Assembly (NCBI RefSeq): GCF_003704095.1
Contig: NW_020845755.1
Coordinates: forward strand, 248,001 to 312,000
DNA: 64,000 bases
Source of the DNA: Pocillopora damicornis
Taxonomy: Eukaryota
Direction: 5' to 3'
Numbering within the stretch: position 1 is the first letter of the stretch; every line of letters starts with the position of its first letter. The notes under the pieces are model-generated. The model ran no database searches and had not been told where the DNA came from. It was given only the letters and a program-made list of their open reading frames with translations. Shown piece by piece: positions 60,701 to 64,000 of this stretch. The translations under genes and the position numbers were made by a program.

Positions 60701-62014
60701 TTAAGATATTCTGCTGTAACTAGTGATTATTTTCTTGGTAACCCAACATAATCAGTGGTATTGTTACTAATCTAAAGTATAGTAGTAAGAAATATTAATT
60801 TGTAAGGAAGGTTGCATGTAATTAGTAGCATTTAGTATTGCATCTTTGATCATATTATTTAGTATTGTATTGCCACTTTGTAAATATTGTTTTTGTAATT
60901 GAAAAAAAAAATGTTTTAAGACTCTTTGATAGATCAATTTACTTTTGTCTTATCCAGTAAACGAACTTTGTTGCTGAACAACCTCCCAGCCATGGTTGGA
61001 TCTTTGATGATGTTTTTTTCATACCATGCAAAAGCTCCTTCATTACTTGTCATTGGACGGCTTGTGGTTGGATTTAATGGTGGTAAGTTTATTTCTAATA
61101 TTGGTGTACTTATTGTAAAATAACTGCACTATACACTTACCAGGACACTTTTGTGTTTAAAATCTTGTGTAAAAGTTGCCAATCTTTGCATACCTTATAT
61201 CATGACCTCAGTATGAAGATACATCATGTTTATTGGGAGCAAGGATAAACCACTCTTGGGAAGTGTTAAAGGTATAATATTTTACCAGTCAGAGATGGTT
61301 TTTTAATCTTTTTTATGTACCATATAAATTAATTTGATCATCAACGTGGTCTGCCTTTGCGAGCATGTGTGCTATGTCAAAAAAACTGTTGTCACTTTGC
61401 AAGGTGCTCCACTGTTGTCTAGCTGTTTACAGCATTCTATTCTGTTCTACCCTCTATGTTATTATATATGTGAGATTGAGTTAGTGAAGGAGCGAGTGAG
61501 AGTCAGTGTCTGTAAGTAAACAGGGAAAACAAGGCCCTTTTATTGAAATGTATGTAGTGAAGAAGTATGAAATTTGTAGACTGAACTGAGTTTCTGCCTT
61601 AGTGTCCCTTTTTAATGAAACTGAACATTCAGTACAGGGGAAGACTGAGTAATATAATGTTTGCAATTGCAGATTTTTAAAATTCTTAGTTTTTATAGTA
61701 TAGTCATACATATACATGTATCTTTATGTTAAAGAATGTTGATCCATAATAGACAAACTAATAGTAAGGATAACTCTGTTATGAAAAATTTAAAGTACAT
61801 TAAATAATACCTCTGTTTGACAGTACATGTGGATGTAGAAGCAGTAAAACCCAGGTACTTATTGCTGCTTTTAAATGCAGGTGTAAATACAGCTGTGGCC
61901 CCTGTGTACTTGTCAGAGATTGCTCCTGTTAGATTAAGAGGTTCTCTTGGTGTGCTTAATCAATTTGGAGTTGTCACTGGAATTCTTGTGGGATTTATAT
62001 TTGGACTTACTCAG
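57772..62014 (+). CDS. SLC2A-like: Facilitated glucose transporter (SLC2A/GLUT family), first 4 exons; continues beyond the window
   Basis: Exons 57772-57960 (GSSFQFGY), 59337-59467 (WSTAVAIFAVGGMLG), 60958-61082 (LLVIGRLVVGFNG), 61881-62014 (PVYLSEIAPVRLRGSLGVLNQFGVVTGI). Confidence 0.92.
58484..58564. repeat. Near-tandem duplication of a 35-bp unit
   Basis: TGACAGAATTGAAGTT[C/A]GCTTTCTGTAGTAAAATT occurs twice. Confidence 0.85.
59677..59788. repeat. Degenerate T-rich simple repeat (GTTTT/GTTTG-like units)
   Basis: Low-complexity TG tract read directly. Confidence 0.9.
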
Positions 62015-64000
62015 GTATGTGCATAAAATCAGGGTGTGATTAACTATTTATAATAAAATTAATTTTTACATTTCACTGTATACATGAAAATAATTTCCAA
62101 AATACTTCCATCCATTGAGAATAATATTATTAGCAAAGCCTTCAGTGCCTACATGTAGAAAAGCCCCATAGGTAAGAGAATACAGAACCATACATTAAGC
62201 CAACATCTTTGTGCATCTGTCCATTCACACTTTTTTTCAGACTGTGTCCCACCATGTATGATATAAAGATTTAGCCAACCTGAAAAGCAGAACTCCAATT
62301 AATTTATTTTACAGCCTTTCTCTTTTTTAAAACTCTTCAGCATTGGCTGTTGAAGTGCTTATTTAAGGGGGTTTAGGAAACAGCCTGGGAGGGGAGGGGG
62401 GGAATTGATGGGGTCTGGAGCTAATTGATGATGTTCTCACAGCTTGCAAGGAGATCAACATACATGCTAGTCAGTGGTATTTTCTAAAAGCTGAAGACCT
62501 TTATTGATTTTCTTGATGTTTTGACCAGATTTTGGAGGATTGGGAAATTTTCGTGAGATGAAGTGTATGATTTCAGTATCAGTTGAAATGATATGATCTA
62601 CTTTACAGAGCAAGGCTGTTAATTTCAATGTGGGAAAATGAGCAAAAATTGAAAGATACAAGAGATCTAGTATCACATGTACATGAGCACATACTTTTAG
62701 ACATAATTTGCACTTGCCTTCTTAGAGGTTATTTTTCTTCCCTCTCATCCCTACCTGTGCCTGGTTTTGCTGGTCTTAGTATCTGTCCAGGTGTTTTATT
62801 TCCCAGATGGCTGGCCTTTAGATTTGTTTGTTAATATAACTATGTTTGAGTATTATTTTATTATTACCTTATATCTATCATATAGGAGTTATGTATTTGT
62901 AAAAACATTAGTTAATTAGTAATCTTGTAACAATAAAGGCTGTCTTTGTCCCACACATTGCTTGGTGTTTTGTTTTGTGGTTGAGGACTTCTCTATAATG
63001 GTAAGTATATACAACTGACATGTATAAGTAACACATGTCAAGCATTAAGGTATGATGTGCTTTTCATTACTTGCGAACAGATAATTTTGAGCATTCTTTA
63101 ACGGTTTTTTTAGTAGTAACAATCCACTTAAAATTTTCATATTGATTGACAGCTTGAAATTGTAATAAAATTTGCCTGTATTGTTTGCAATACAAATAAT
63201 ATTATGAAATGGTTTAAAGAATTCAGTTCCTTATGTCTGGTAGCTTTGAAAACTTCTGTATCTTCGCCTGAACATTAAAGACATAAGCTATCAGCAAAAG
63301 GTTTTCCCATTGTAAGTGTTTCATAAGATCAAATTTTATCTCATTGTTTTTTTTGGTATTTGAAAGCTCAAGTATGTTTTAATCATTAAAATATAAATAA
63401 ATTCCCTTTTTTAAAACACTTATAGTGACTGTCATATGTATGAGAAAGACAGCAAATAAATATAACAGTATTATACTCCATCAAAGTGTTCTTGTGTAGA
63501 ATGAAGTTTCACACTCATTGAAATTAACTTGACTTCCTTATACAGGTTTGAAATAAAGAAATGTGTAATACCTCTATATAGGGATGAAAAAGCAATGCCA
63601 TTGAATGTTCCATAGAGTAAATGCCTAAATCCTACGCAGGGATATAAAAGAGACTTTCTAAAAAAAAAAACAAGGGCAATAATATTATAGATTCAGGAGA
63701 AGCATATGACATGAAGTAGTTTACAGACAGAAACCTGTTCCACTGATTTCAATCCAGAAACAGAACTCTGGAATTCCTCTCACACTTAAATTGAAACATA
63801 TTTAATTAAATTATTTACATGCAGGTTAGGGAGGAAATTAAAAGAATGGATATATGTCACACTAAAAAACACATTAATTAGCATTAAATAAAGCAGAAGT
63901 ATATTAACTAAATGTCTGCTTCTGAAGGCAGCTATAATATTCATGAATTATATAATTACATATTATGTAAACCTGGTGCAATACACAGTAGTAAATTAAA

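Overview
AT-rich, intron-containing animal genomic DNA with assembly gaps at about 5.95-7.3 kb. The repeat families and gene structures suggest a scleractinian coral or related cnidarian (inference). Genes were reconstructed by hand from GT-AG junctions: the 3' end of a DOMON-domain membrane/GPI protein (+); an 8-exon SRSF4/5/6-type SR splicing factor (-) head-to-head with a 28-exon UBE4B/UFD2 U-box ligase (+); an intronless TspanC8 tetraspanin (-); a 5-exon TMEM26-like gene (+) tail-to-tail with a 4-exon FBXO42 (-); and, head-to-head with FBXO42, an SLC2A/GLUT transporter (+) that runs out of the window. Introns and intergenic DNA hold piggyBac and pogo fossils, TTAA-flanked MITEs, RTE, L2/CR1 and R4/Dong-like LINE remnants, and three Penelope-like element (PLE) remnants. 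Most notable: (1) two independent intronic PLE insertions in UBE4B, each an inverted repeat carrying a hammerhead-ribozyme motif on each strand; (2) a candidate stop-containing poison exon in the SR gene intron at the SWQ|DLKD position; (3) a MITE whose terminal 12 bp match the end of a nearby piggyBac fossil; (4) an apparent CpG-depletion boundary in the middle of UBE4B. No prokaryotic systems or CRISPR arrays were seen.
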